From Euprymna scolopes (lineage: Eukaryota), in assembly GCA_053919585.1 (NCBI GenBank), contig CM132800.1: a DNA stretch of 64,000 bases; one strand, given 5' to 3'. A program made the position numbers and the translations under genes. This document shows positions 40,701 through 55,007 of the stretch, piece by piece (position 1 is the first letter of the stretch; each line of letters opens with the position of its first letter). The notes beneath the pieces are model-generated. The model made no database searches, was not told the origin of the DNA, and worked only from the letters and a program-made list of their open reading frames with translations.

Positions 40701-41000
40701 GATATTAAGCGTTCTCTTGACTGAAACATTTATTGCTATTGCCTTGATGGTTTCCTGCTGTTATAGAATGACGTGATGTATTCGGTTTTTGATTTATATG
40801 CAGTTACCACCACTAGGTCCGTTATCTGTTATTTATGTGTTTCTTTGATTGTAAGTATTGTGTTCTTGAAAGTAATGTGATATGTTTTTTGAGGTAGAGT
40901 TTATATTAATACTTTTATGTCGGGGGTGCTGTGGTTGTTATGCATTTTATTTCTTCGCCGTAGTCTCTGCAATTCTATTGTATTATAGTTTGTTTTGATT
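37750..41000 (-). mobile_element. Old I-group (I/Nimb/Ingi-like) LINE: APE-RT-RNase H
   Basis: Minus-strand motifs in order: SGGNCI*IK and AIAINVSVKRTLNICSI (~40820-40690), DFNS-like (~40585), SDKSPI (~40420), GFR (~39185), GLPQGS..TLF (~38950), AD-LVIAH (~38850), LGIKFD..FNAHI (~38625), RNase H HTDVSN (~38020) and SINTAEL (~37935). Confidence 0.8.
40067..40370 (-). mobile_element. Internally deleted LINE A-family 3' fragment nested in the I-group LINE
   Basis: ORF 40342-40124 (LGLAFTPSLKWNTYIKS..MEYFCNIWA) jumps directly to the 3' stem-loop motif and A-tail (T-run 40067-40073). Confidence 0.88.
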
Positions 41001-41184
41001 TTTCGGTTTCCATTTGATACATGGTTTAGTGCTAGGTTACATACATTAGATTCTTCTACATGACCAAAATATAGAAAAAGGTTAATTAAATGTAATTATC
41101 ATTATTTCTCTAATTATTGTACCAAATTTTATTTTCTAAAATCTTGTTTACCCTCTCTCTCATTCTTTCTATTTACGCGCTCTC

Positions 41185-41263
<79 letters not shown>

Positions 41264-41278
41264 GTACCGAATGTCATA

Positions 41279-41486
41279 NNNNNNNNNNNNNNNNNNNNNN
41301 NNNNNNNNNNNNNNNNNNNNNNNNNNNNNNNNNNNNNNNNNNNNNNNNNNNNNNNNNNNNNNNNNNNNNNNNNNNNNNNNNNNNNNNNNNNNNNNNNNNN
41401 NNNNNNNNNNNNNNNNNNNNNNNNNNNNNNNNNNNNNNNNNNNNNNNNNNNNNNNNNNNNNNNNNNNNNNNNNNNNNNNNNNNNNN
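41279..41486. other. Assembly gap, preceded by (CT)n(TA)n
   Basis: Run of N. Confidence 1.
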
Positions 41487-41694
41487 CAATAAAGCATGGA
41501 TCGAACGTAAATACAAAGAGGACAAACTATCTGCTTTTCATAGTTTTTTGCCAAGAGTAATTCAAATACTTTTTTACATTTTTCTTGAAATAAAACTAAA
41601 ACGACATATACTGGCGGTCTCGTTTAACCCCTTACTTTCATCCGTGTACGGATATCTACATTAAAGATCAAACTTTGACATTTTGTGCATGTCT

Positions 41695-41741
<47 letters not shown>

Positions 41742-44700
41742 GAATTTTTTGCTTACCAATATGAATATCGGTAACGCATGAATCATCCTATATATTTCCA
41801 TCGATGTTTGTCAATATTGGTGCATAAGGTGTAGATAATCGATACTTTCTGCCTTATTCCTAAGTCAGTACACATTTTTCTTTGATCTCTTTATATCTAC
41901 TGAATATTCGCTATAAAACGGACACATCTGAAAACACTATAACGTCAAAAAATTGAAACAAAAAAGGTTTCCATTTACTATAAAGCTGCATATTTTTATT
42001 ACGGGTGAACGTCACTTCTATCGGGCTAAAATATAAATCATTATTATTAATTATTCGGAAAAAAAAACATGAAGCAATTTTCAAAGTATATTTTTCTAAG
42101 AGTCATTTATCAAAAAACGTAACTATATTACTTAATAGAATCGGAAAGCCAAGTTAAACATAAGTTGTGGCTTTTAGTTTTATTTGCGCCACAACATCAT
42201 TATTGGTGCGAGAATAACCACAAAAATAACTGACATGGGCTCAGTTTCACTTAGCTATAAAAGAATTGTGTAGACATTGTGTGGTTGTGTTTGATCATAG
42301 GGATTCAAAGTTTTCCAACAGTGATTTCACTATTGTCGGTTACTAATGATAATTTTGAGATTCATTGAACAATGTTCATCACCGGTTTGAAGCTATCGTT
42401 TTTATAGATAAAATAACGAAACCTTTCAATTAGGTATTACTTAGGATATACATATTTTTAAATAAAACGATACATTATTTTACGACTGTTCATCAACATT
42501 CATGAATTAAAGAAAACAACTCGATGTAATATTTATTTGACGCGCTTATAATTGCCGATAACGTAACACCATATTGAATCAATCTTTATTTAAAAAGTGT
42601 TTCCTTAAGAAAATTATTACATAATATCTAATAACTAGATTTTAGCTCCTTAAAAAAGGGGCAAAAATTAGAAGCTGTTTGAATAGAATAAACCCTTTAT
42701 GCTAAATAGATGTCTGTATATCGTTAAAATGTCGTCCTTTTCATAAATACCAATCACTAATAATGTCAGTTAATGCCTAACTGTGCAATAGGAAGATAAA
42801 ATAATACTTAGTTTTTTGTACTTTCTCATAAGAAACGTCTATAAAAAATGTCAGCGAGATGAGACCAGAAAAAGTAGAAAAGACAGACGTAATCATTATT
42901 TTGACGAGAAGAAATGCTATTATTATTCATAATGTTCTAACTTAGTAAATCTAACATTTTACCATATTTCCTCGCTTGTTTTACTTACGCTATGCTTATC
43001 GAACTTCTCATAAAATATTAGTTTAGCATATTTTCAGAACTCGGAGGTTACACTCTACGCATTCTATTATTCATATCTTAAAATATACTCATAAAATATC
43101 CGGTTATCTTTATCAGGAATAGATCTTTATCAGGAATGGACTAAAAGCTACAAAGTATTATGCATATTAAGCCAACTGCCAAATTTATGTCGTAGTGTAT
43201 GAAATTCTTTTGAATAAGAAAAACGATAACTTCCTTTGTCGGCATCTTTCGATCATTCTGAATATAATGTATACTTCTAATATGGTTTGAAATCATGACG
43301 CGTTAAATGGTATCTTCAGCTTGTATCTTGTCGCAAAATTACACAATTCCGGCGAGCCCTTCTTAATTATCTGTATAAATAGACAGCAAGATCTCCTAAA
43401 AAATGAGCAAGCATATCTGCCTTCAATTAATCGTTCAGCCCAGAAAAATTGTGTATAGTGACGGATTACAATTTAAAAATTAAATAAGTTGGTGTTGTGA
43501 CGCATAATACCATCAAATACATTTCGCAACATATATATTTCCTGGGAATAAACGTTTATCAAGTATGGAATATTGACTAAAAGAATATTGATGACACTAA
43601 ACTTAATTCATGGAGAACTAGATTGTGTACTTTGAGTTGAAACCATGTATGAGAGGAGAGAAAAACAAGATGAAAAGAACAAAAAATTAAAACGAAAGAA
43701 ACAAACGGGAGAAAAATATAATCTCATTCTTCAGTTGCTTTTTATCGATGCATTTTCGTATTCATGTCGGTTAGGTTAGTGTTCATTTATTTTACAATTA
43801 ATTGTTTATGATTCCAAACAATAAATAGCCAACGAGGCCCTTAATTTTAATCAAATGATCAATTTATATTTTATTCGTTAAAATTCATGAATTGGTACAC
43901 TGTATGGATTCATACATACAGTTTCCAATAAATTATGCTCCATTTCTAAAAAAAAAATGCATTCGAAACATTGTATTAAACTTTTCAAAACAGAATACTA
44001 CCCTACTTCACTTGCTGCATAACTAACTGGTAATGGAAAACACGGAAGAACAATAGCGAACCGAAGGTAGAATTACTCTGTTACGCTCTGTCAGAATAAG
44101 GAAGTAAGACATGCAATGAGGCGTTTATGGCAACAGATAACATACCAACCTTCAAAACATAAATTTAATTTCAAAAAAGATAATCTACATGTCTACAACA
44201 CATATACTACACTAAGTTTGTTTTAAGAGAGAGAGAGAGAAGAATACTTAATATAAGGTAATCACAAAGACACAACACACATTAAACTATTCATTTCGCA
44301 TTACTTAGCATTACTATTTTATACGTTAGTCTAAAGTAGTTTAGGAAACATGATTGAGCATCATATAATTCTAAAATAACAAAAGGTTTAATTACAGTTT
44401 CAGAGAAACTTATAATAAATTCTTATTCGTAATAAATTTAAGTGCTTTCATTCTTGCCTCCCACGATAATGTTATCTCTTCTAGTATCGATGTGTATAAG
44501 TGTGTCTGTTGCCTCTTTATCACTTAAGCATTATTATGTTATTTACGATTACATACACATTAGAAAGTAAAGCTGTGTTTACAATAATATCTCCTTTTAG
44601 ATACTATTAAACATAAATTGATTAAAAGATACAAATTACCACATTGTATTTTGCTTTATTCGTCACATAAAAAAAACAATACGTGTTAAGTTTTTTCGTG

Positions 44701-45522
44701 AGACAATTGCACCCACAAATTCACAGAATTGGAATAGTGCTAAATGTCGGATAGGCGAGTTTAAAATTCTGCTTAGAGACTGATAAACTTTGAAAGATCA
44801 CTTTTCCATATTTCTTTTTTCTTGTTTCGTCTCTCAAGCAATAGTCGATTTTATACCATTCTCTATTGTTCTATGAATTTAATTCACAAACCATTATTTG
44901 CTAAGTTGAATGTAATCAGTGTTTCATTTTGTTAACTTAAAATTTTCGCTACGAATTAATTTTCTATATCGCTAACTCATATGGAACCGTGTTGCATCCT
45001 CTACGTTTTTTTCTGGCAGTGTAAATAGCTGCTTCACAAAGAGATGCACTTGCAATCAAATTGAAAATATATAGGTTAAGTCTATTTATCTTCATCATTG
45101 TAGAAATTTCCATCTGGATCAAAGTACACGAGGTTTTTACACACAGATACAACATGCAAATTTATTATTTACTATTACCAACCATCTTATATAACTTTAG
45201 AACGCCGTTTTAGATATATTTGTTCGTTATAATAAAATCCAATATTTAATCCTAGGAGAGATATCATCACGATTGCCAATTTCTTTATCGAAATACTTCG
45301 CATTTAACCTCTAAATTAAAGTTCTCATGCTGCCACAAGTCTACACTGGGAACTATTGTACACATTAGACATGCACCGCCCTGTGTACCTTCATAACTGA
45401 CGAATAAACTCACACACACACCATTACTTTTCCTTTTCCAGTTACAAAAAAATTAATTCATTTGTCAATCACTAATCTTATTGGCTGCGAGTTAAAAAAA
45501 ATCGCTTATTCAGGAATGCATA

Positions 45523-45806
45523 TCTTCCTAATACGCTGGATATTAAAAAAAGTAGTCGCTATTCCTGACATAAATAGACAGAGCGATATGACCGTTGGGA
45601 AGCCGTAATACGCTTTCTCATTCACGCATACCGATAAGTATGCGTGTATGAGAAAAGGTGAATGACGTTACAGCCGTGAATGACTTTACGACCGTTACGA
45701 CCTTTAAGGCAATATTTCGAACTATTGTAACGTCAGAACTTCTACGTGTCCAAATCGACTAGAGTGTTTAATTTTTCTTCAACCTGGCAGTCACGGGCAA
45801 TAACTA
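45523..45806 (+). mobile_element. Possible short non-autonomous Helitron-like element
   Basis: Starts A|TCTTCCTAATA, has an internal 18-bp hairpin and short direct repeats, and ends with a GC-rich cctggcagtcacggg a few nt before CTAA (CTRR). Confidence 0.3.
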
Positions 45807-45870
45807 ACATTATATATTTTGTTTCTATTTTTCAACACAATTAGATAAAAACACCCACTATTGTAAATTG

Positions 45871-45955
<85 letters not shown>

Positions 45956-47499
45956 TGGACAATTCTTGTATGTACTTTAAATACTTAAATAATTAAAAAC
46001 AAACAGATCACAAACTAAATTTACTTGCTGTGCACAATATTTCTTTCAAACAAAACATAACATTTTTGTTTCGGTGGTCTAAAATTTACATTTAATTGGT
46101 ATACATAGTTTCTATTAATAAACTCTTCAATTAATATTGTGTGTACTGTACACCCAATACTGTATATATTATTTACTATAAAAATTTCGTCGCATCTTTC
46201 TCTTCATGTTTGAATCCAGCGTCCTATATTATGCGATGATAAAATGAACTGATGTTATAGTAAACGAAGGCAATCACCGAACCAACTATACTTTCAGTAC
46301 ATGAAAACATTTACACAGGAGGCGGCGGTACATTATACTTTGATTTAACTTTAAGTGATATAGTACGGTTATTAAAAAAAACGAAACAACAATATTTCAA
46401 TTAGATGAAAACATCTACAAAATGAGCTGCGACAACTATTTACTTTTCTTTCTTTTCTTTCTTTAACAGTAAATGTTATGTTAACGTTTTTAAAACATTT
46501 GTCTTTGACGTGGAAAAAACTCGTCCCAAGTTTCTCCCTTTACTATTTCGATTTAATAAAACGATCGATCGAGTGTCCGAACTTATGACATTAAATTATA
46601 AATGAATCGCTTAATAAAAGACAGTTGTAATAGCGCCTAATCCAAATTTGCACTTAGATTGGGGTAATTAAGCTAAAATGCAAAAAACAATTATTTTTTT
46701 CGATTTTGGTGCATCTTCTAAATGCTTACACGATCCTATTTTCTTTTTTGTTCTGTTTTCCTTGTTTGCTGTGTTGTTTCTTTTTTTTTTAGTGGGGCGT
46801 TTTGAATTTTATTTTTCTGTCTTATTTATTTATTTCTAATACTAATACGTTTGTTGACAGAGGAACAATTCATTACAAAATATTTTTTATATCAAACACA
46901 TTTTTACACCCAGCGCCTTAATTATATCAAGAAAATTTTCATTTTCACATGCGAGCATTAGAAGATTTGTCGCTTGTAGCTGAAATATTAGTCACTGTAG
47001 AATGAAGAAATAATAACAATGGTGTTATTGATATTATTATTAATAGTCGTATAAGCAGTAGTAACATAGGCCGTTTCAGTAGAAATAGAATTAATATCAT
47101 TAAGGAAACAAGTGACGTTATGGTCGTCAGTTATTCTTGTTCCGTAAATAGAAGTATTAGAAAGTGTGGAATAATGTTATCGTACATTAAGTAGCACATT
47201 TATTATTGGCAGTAGTAAACTTGCACTAAGATATTAATTTTCATACCATAGATATCGTAAATAAACTAGTACTAGTAGTCAGTTTCATAGTAAATAAATC
47301 AGTAATCTCAAAAGTAATCTTAATGGTTTTGAGATAGTTTACGTAAGCACAGATCATGATTAGCTATGAATAATTTTAGAAATACCGGTGGTAATCATTT
47401 TGGTGTTATTGATATTAATCACTCAACAGTATAATTTTAACACGAGAAGTGTATAATTAAACTTAGTAGAAGTAGTAGAGGAAAGAAGTGTAAAAAGCG

Positions 47500-48465
47500 C
47501 AATTTGGTTTACAAAAACAAATTTTTGGTCTAGGGTAAGAATGGGAGTAGTTATTTTTGTTCATTTGGGTGTACTGAATTCAAATTCATAGATAGTTTTG
47601 CTCTCTCACCTCTAATATTCTGGCTTTTAAATAGTCTGATTTTAGTATAAACAGAGAATATATGTGAATATTTCAAGAGTGGCAGCAGCTTATATCAGAT
47701 AAATCAGGATAGATAAAGAACACTGATTGAATTAATATACTTGAATGACACAATTACACAATTCAATGTACTAAACACAGTCAAAATGTATTTTCTTAGA
47801 AGGTCTGGTGGAGTTTGCCTCTTCAATGTCACGCAAGTCTATCCAACAGAAGTCTCCCACCTGCCGGGGTTTCATTTGCCTTAACAGTTGATCGCCGTAT
47901 TCGTAATGTCTTAGTGGACTCTTTCCCCATTCTCATCACTTACTGCTCCAAGGTTTGGCAGGACCAAGTTGAAGTGGAAATAGAGAAAATGAATCTTGAG
48001 TGACATTAAACACTCCATATACTCATAATATTTTAGCAACTTGTCAAGACAGACGTGATAATCAGGTACACGTATTTTACCAAGGAATCCACTACAGTCC
48101 GACTTGAATGCTTCCCATGCTCTCAGTTCCGTTTCCTTAAGTTTAGAAGCTCCTCAAAAAAAGCACTTTTCAGATCTGAAAAAAAAAGATAGTTTAGGGA
48201 CACCAACCTCCAGCGTCGCCTGCGAGTGAGACAAAATCTTCCAATGACTTTCAGAACACTACTGAGTGTTGATTGAGACCTGCAGCCTCAACTGTATGAT
48301 TTTATGTATCGTATATGCAGAAAATGCACAAAATGCACACTAGGCATATATAAAAAAAATCTAGAGGTGATGAGAAAAAACGGATTTCTAATTTGAATTC
48401 AGCAACCCTAAATTAGGTAAAGACGGGTATTTTTGTGCTCGCCTAAATTTCTTTGTAAACCAGTG
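47500..48465 (-). mobile_element. Chapaev3-like (CMC superfamily) DNA transposon, internal-deletion derivative
   Basis: Imperfect ~115-bp TIRs (ca.t.tggtttacaaa..tgaattcaaatt..tcacctcta vs the reverse complement ending cagtg). Minus-strand transposase C-terminus LRAWEAFKSDCSGFLGK..MSLKIHFLYFHFNLVLPNLGAVSDENGERVH*DI (~48130-47820). Confidence 0.8.
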
Positions 48466-48700
48466 TACTCAATAAATTCTGCGACTCTGGTGGCAAATTT
48501 TGAATTGTAAAATATCAGTCGTAAATGCAGTATTTGCTAAAGTAGATGCGCTGGTGTAATTAAAACTGATAGTGTGTTTCGTTATGTCTGAGGTGACAGT
48601 CGCGTCTATCCTATCAAGAGTAGAACAGGTCGTGTGTTTGGTAGTGTTTATTATTAAAGCGCGATTGGTAAGAGACCAATCATATATATGTGTGTTTAAG

Positions 48701-48752
48701 TAAAAGTGGTTTTATTTTCATATTAAAAAGTGGTTTTATTTTCATATTAAAA
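48701..48752. repeat. Short 25-bp tandem duplication. Similar: 28-bp x2 at ~51227-51277 and 17-bp x2 at ~43107-43140
   Basis: aaaagtggttttattttcatatta occurs twice. Confidence 0.9.
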
Positions 48753-49143
48753 ATTTCCAGCGTAAGCCGATTTCAACTATATATTTTTTCCTATAAATCG
48801 AAAATCAAAGATATTTTACCTGTGATAATATAACACCACTATTTATTTTGTTAAGATATATGCCTCTTAATTCGAAACTGTGTTCGTGAAGGAATAAATC
48901 AATAACACAAATTGGATATCTAATTTATAAATAAATATAGAAGTTATAGATATATTATGAGATAATTATTTGTATCAGTTCATATGTAGACAACAAAATA
49001 TATTATGTAATCAGCGTAGAAAATAAACAAGTTAAGTATTTGGGATAATTGCTTTCCAGGATGTTTTTTCATTGAGCGTTTATCTTATATCTTAAAACAT
49101 CCGTGGAGTTTGTAAAAAGATCAACATCAATAAAAATACACTG

Positions 49144-49202
<59 letters not shown>

Positions 49203-52200
49203 TACATATATATATATAAAAACCGAGTCTTCAAATTATATGCAAATTATGAATTGCTGAAAAGAGTTAAATTTTGAATGTTTAAAAACAGTATCATGTT
49301 GTTTAGATTTTCTTAAAAGTATTCATGCAAATATATTATGATGCAGAAAGCTATTGTTATTTTGGGATACTAAGTTAAAAAAACAGACTAATTGTGCTGT
49401 TATCATTTATTTTCAATTATATATTTTCATAATATTTAATTATTAAAGTTTATAAAACTAATATAAAACGTGCTATAAAAACATTTTAAAAGCAATCCGA
49501 AACTTTTCTTAAAGAAAACATAATAACAATATATTTTCAAAATAATAAATACATTAACAGAAAATAGGAACCTTCAAAATGTAGAGCACATACGCGATTT
49601 TCGTTTCAATAAGGCGTAGGTTCCTATTCTCAACATTTGATATTAGATTTTAAATTTTATCGCTGGATAGTTCATTGCAGTCTTTTGAAATGACACAAAT
49701 ATGCTATTGAATTGTTTTTCATAACAGTGCATGTTTTTCTTGATGGTATACCAAACGTTCACCATATGATTCAAGTCACAGCTATTTAAAAGCCGGTCCA
49801 TAAGTGAATATTTCACAAATCATTGTTAAAACAATGTTTTGTAAACTTTAATGCATGACTGAATTGTTTGATGCATAAATACTATCGATGAACGCTTAGA
49901 TAAATACTAGTCATAAAGTACTGAAGAGATTTAGCTCGACAGTAACATTTGGAATTCATAAAAAACCCCACCTGTTACTGTAAATTAACCTATGAAATAA
50001 TAAACAAAAATCTCACCTCATACCATGCGACCCCCTCGTTTACTGATTTGTTAAGCTAGTGTAAGGCATGCATCTACCTATTTTACCGTCCTCCTAGGGT
50101 CGAAGACTGACTGGAGGAATAATCTAATTCTAAGAAACACGGGATTTGAATTGAGTCACTAATGAAAAGTATACAAATAAAATGAATGTGAATATATATT
50201 TATCAGCAGATGGTATAGATTATTATAGATATATATTCATATCAGATGGTATAGATTACACATTTATAATTGAAAATACTCACATTTCAAATAATTACCT
50301 ATCAATTGTCCAAATTGTGACGAGTAAAGTTGTCTAACAAATGAAACGAATAATAATATACATTACTGAGCATGTTTTAATGTATTTTCTACGACAAGCA
50401 GAAATTCAATAAATGTAAATTTACTCTGTAGATGTGTTTTTAGCAATCCTAGAATAAACACATGTGAGAAAATAAACATATGGTAAATCAAATAACATAT
50501 CTTACTTAAATAAAACAGTTCGTTTATACGTGAGTTAGGTTTAGTCAAGAAGTGAACTAAGTTAAATGTTAAATATTTTAATTACATTTCAAATAAAAAA
50601 TTTAGATCCTTTTTAACGCTAACAAAACGACACGTAATTTATTAGCAGCTGCATTTGAAATGGAAAACAGTACGTTTTTTTTTGTTGTAATTGTCGATAC
50701 TGAAGCCGATTCATAAAATATTTCAAAGAAAACTTTTGAATATTTTGAATGGAATGTATTAATTCTATATGAATATTTAATGACGCAAATTGGGCCTTTT
50801 TCATCGCCGTTTTTGCATTTTTTATAAAATACGACGAGAAACTGAATAAAAATTTCAAAATGCAAAAATACAGGCTCTGTTGCTGAAATCAATACGCTGG
50901 CCACTGGAATATTCGTAAAGATTATACTCTTATTAATAACACCCTTTTCATAATGCATTTGGGAACAATATAGTCGGGTTTATATTTCAGTCTACAATAT
51001 TGTCGCTTCAATATAATAATATTAAATACGAACCCCTACTGCACAAGCATTGATAGTCCCTCGAGTTGTAAACTACAACGGTTATAATATGATAATCTAG
51101 GCTTTTATATATAAAAGCATTGCCGGTCGTAAATACGCATTAATATTTTCGGATGTGTGTGTTTGTGTGTGTGTGTGTGTGTGTGTATGTGTGTGTGTGA
51201 GAACTTGCTTCTGTCGTTTAGGATTTTATGTTGACAATATTATATCAAACATTCTATGTTGACAATATTATATCAACCATCTTAGTCGGGTTTTTGCTCA
51301 TCACGTGGGTAACAAATATACGTAGGAAATACAGGTATATGTCGTTATTGTTTTATATGAATTGTGTAAAATACAAACCGACTCGTTGTTGGATTCAGGT
51401 TGCATATGTCTAGTGTAAATGAGTGTAATTCTTCCACTAACCGTTTTAGATTAGTTAGTCAGCATATATACTATATGTTTTTTTTTCATTCATAAAATAT
51501 TACTGTTATTTTGTTAATTTTTGAAAAATAGATGTAACAATAGAACAGCATTAGAAACAACTAAAAAGACTGAGCAAAATATATTATTTGTTTCAGTTTA
51601 GCTAAGCTTAATGAAAACATTGTATTTATACAACTAGTTCTGATACAGCTTATCTAATCTCATTTTACTTTTATTTATCCCAAATATTTCAGTTCTCCAT
51701 CTGAAGCCAACGCTATATTATTCACTACATATGTCTAATATTTAACGTTAGATATTTTAATGAAAAAAGGGTCTTTCTAAATATTAGCGCGTTATTGTTT
51801 ATTTATGTTGTGCCAGCGTAAACGGAAACATATTCTGTTATCATCCCTTTAGGTGTATTATTATACTAAACTAAGTAGGCCTTCATGTGATATGCCATTG
51901 ATTCACTTAATTCTTTATAAAATAAGTTTAATAGATTTAAGTGATTGAAATAAGCAGAGAAGCATACTCCCGAATACAATTGAGTTTTATCCATTTCTTT
52001 ACACAATAAATTTACTTTTTGTAGTTTTTTCACGTTCTTAATTCTTACATTGCAACATGGAACTATTGTTACACTTATAATAACAAAATTTCAGTGCCTT
52101 GATCATAATACCATAAGATGACTAGGTTATATACTTTCTAGCACCATCATACACATTCAGAAAATGATGATCTTTCCAGCGAGATCACATGCTACGAAAA

Positions 52201-54155
52201 TGCCGATTCATAGTCCACAACATATTAAGAAATTGATTTTCTTAGTTTCCTTCTCCTATTTCTTTCACGAATGTTATTTTGTAAATATGAAATGATACAT
52301 AAGTCATCATAAACACAATCATTATTATAATCATCATCATTATCATAGTCATCACTATTTTGTCTTATTTTCTGTATTTTATTGAGCTTTTAGCAAATGC
52401 GTCAAGTAATATTTATACTTACTTTAAAAATCGAAAGTATATGCATACACATACCGGGTACCGGCATAGCTTTTACGAGGAATGATACACCTTCTCGAAG
52501 TGATGTTACGTCAAGTAACAACACGAAACTGGATACTCCACCAGACTAGATAAATTCTTGTCCTGGAATCCAGTTAGACCAAGAGAGGTATGGAAGCATG
52601 AATTTTTTGCTCGATTTCGCCTTTTTCCAAACAACTGCTGTGGACAAGTCTGGTTATTCTCAAATTAACACTACTGTAAATACATACACATCAAAGAGCA
52701 GAACACATTTGTTACAATGTAAAGTCTCTTTACGGAGATTAAAATCACGATATTCTACATTATATCTATAATGTTTTTCAACATTTTTATTATAGAAAAC
52801 ACGTGAAATGTGAGACTTCATTTGAATTTTCAGAAATAAACTTTGCTCTCATATGATTCTCCGTAAGTCGGATGAATGATACAAAAATTAGTTTGGAAAA
52901 AAAACCAATTAATAATTAATGTCTAATTCGCATTGTCAACAGTTTATAAAAAATTGAATGCATCCACATTTCACGGAGTGGTTCCGCACTTTTATCAGCC
53001 ATTTCCCCTGGAACAAAACTGAACTACATATAGTTGATATTTAGACTACTGAACCTAGAAGTTAAGTTTTATATGTATAATGCCCTGTTTAGTAGTTTAA
53101 GCGTGTACCATGTAATTACAAAAAATAAGCATATAAACATACGTAACTATATATAAATGTTTATATACTTATATTTGTTATTTATGTATATATTTATATC
53201 GATATCATTATGTTATATTATAATTTGAAGGACCGTGAACCGACATTGCCCGGTGGAAGCCTACTCTCCACTTCGCTAAAAAGTACACTACGGCCGTTGT
53301 TAGTGGCCACTGCACTCCCTCGACGATTGCGGACACTAGCGGCCATGGCCGGAATGAAATAATATGGGTTCTACTGTCGGTTAGTTCTGGTTTGGGGCGG
53401 TAACAATCAGCTTCTGTTTAAATTAAAAAAAAAACAATTATGGGAATGCATAAACCTAATGTACAAATTTTCCCTTCGACCCTTTCCCCCCAAAAGGTAA
53501 CGTGAGCGCAATCTCGGGAATCAGTTTCAAATCTATAACGATCGTCGCTGATCTAAAAATTAATGTTTCTGCAATATCATCTGACGGATTCGTACTTATT
53601 ATATTGTTTGAATGTAATTCTATTTTAGCATATGTTAAATATTCACAATTTAACACTATTTACTGTTGCATATTCACGTTTTTAACTGTTAAAGCTGTAA
53701 AAATGTGGCGCATTCATTGGTTTTTGTTCATATTTCTGTAAAGAATTTTACAGTTTGAAAAATACATAACACATACTTATCTGAAAAGATATGCGATAAA
53801 AAAGAATAAACTGATAAAAAATGTTCATGTATTTTAATAATTTTTTATTATAAGGGGGTGATAATAAGCATAAAATATAGTTTATTATAAAAACTGTTAA
53901 ACAGTTTTAAAATGTGACTATTTCACACACTTTAAGAAAACATTAAATTACAACAACAGAATAAGTACAAATTAAAAAATATGATGTTGCCGAAAGAGTT
54001 ATTGTTACAACGACGACGATCGTAATAGAATGTGCAAGTTAAATAAAGTATGTTAAAATAAATTACATTTAAAAAGAAAACGAGTAATGTTTGCAAAATA
54101 TAGTTACTGGAATAAAAGTACAAGCGAGCAAAAGATAGGTTTTTAAAAATATAAT

Positions 54156-55007
54156 TGTACGTCATAGAATTTAATGTACATCATAGAAATTAATGTACGT
54201 CATAGAAATTAATGTACGTCATAGAAATTAATGTACATCATAGAAATTAATGTACATCATAGAAATTAATGTACGTCATAGAAATTAATGTACGTCATAG
54301 AAATTAATGTACATCATAGAAATTAATATACATCATAGGAATTAATGTACATCATAAAAATTAATATATGTCATAGAAATTAATGTACATCATAGAAATT
54401 AATGTACGTCATAGAATTAATGTACGCCATAGAAATTAATGTACGTCATAGAAATAAATGTACGCCATGGAAATTAATGTACGTCATAGAAATTAATGTA
54501 CATCATAGAAATTAATGTACGTCATAGAAATTAATGTACGTCATAGAAATTAATGTGCGTCATAGAAATTAATGTACATCATAGAAAGTAATGTACACCA
54601 TAGAAATTAATGTACGTCATAAAAATAAATGTACATCATAGAAATTAATGTACATCATAGAAATTAATGTATGCCATATAAATTAATGCACGTCATAGAA
54701 ATTAATGTACGCCATAGAAATTACTGTACGTCATAGAAATTAATGTAGATCATAGAAATTAATGTAGATCATAGAAATTAATGCACATCATAGAAATTAA
54801 TGTATGTCAGAGAAATTAATGTAGATCATAGAAATTAATGTACGACATAGAAATTAATGTAGATCATAGAAATTAATGTACGACATAGAAATTCATGTAC
54901 ATCATAGAAATTAATGTACGTCATAGAAATTAATGTAGATCATAGAAATTGATGTACGACATAGAAATTACTGTACGTCATAGAAATTAATGTACATCAT
55001 AGAAATA
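54156..55007. repeat. 19-bp minisatellite, ~45 copies, consensus TGTAC(G/A)TCATAGAAATTAA
   Basis: Head-to-tail units with no spacers. Confidence 0.98.

Noticed and set aside
50602-50958. 118-aa ORF as a host exon (also 8659-9072 and 39686-40030)
   Set aside because: F/I/L/K-rich composition typical of random AT-rich frames, with no motifs.
53292-53382. HDV-like ribozyme (GGCCG start, ctccctcg loop)
   Set aside because: Pairings resolve into one nested hairpin; I could not assign crossing P2, P1.1 or J4/2 elements.
54156-55007. CRISPR array
   Set aside because: Units are contiguous with no unique spacers, there are no cas genes, and the context is eukaryotic.
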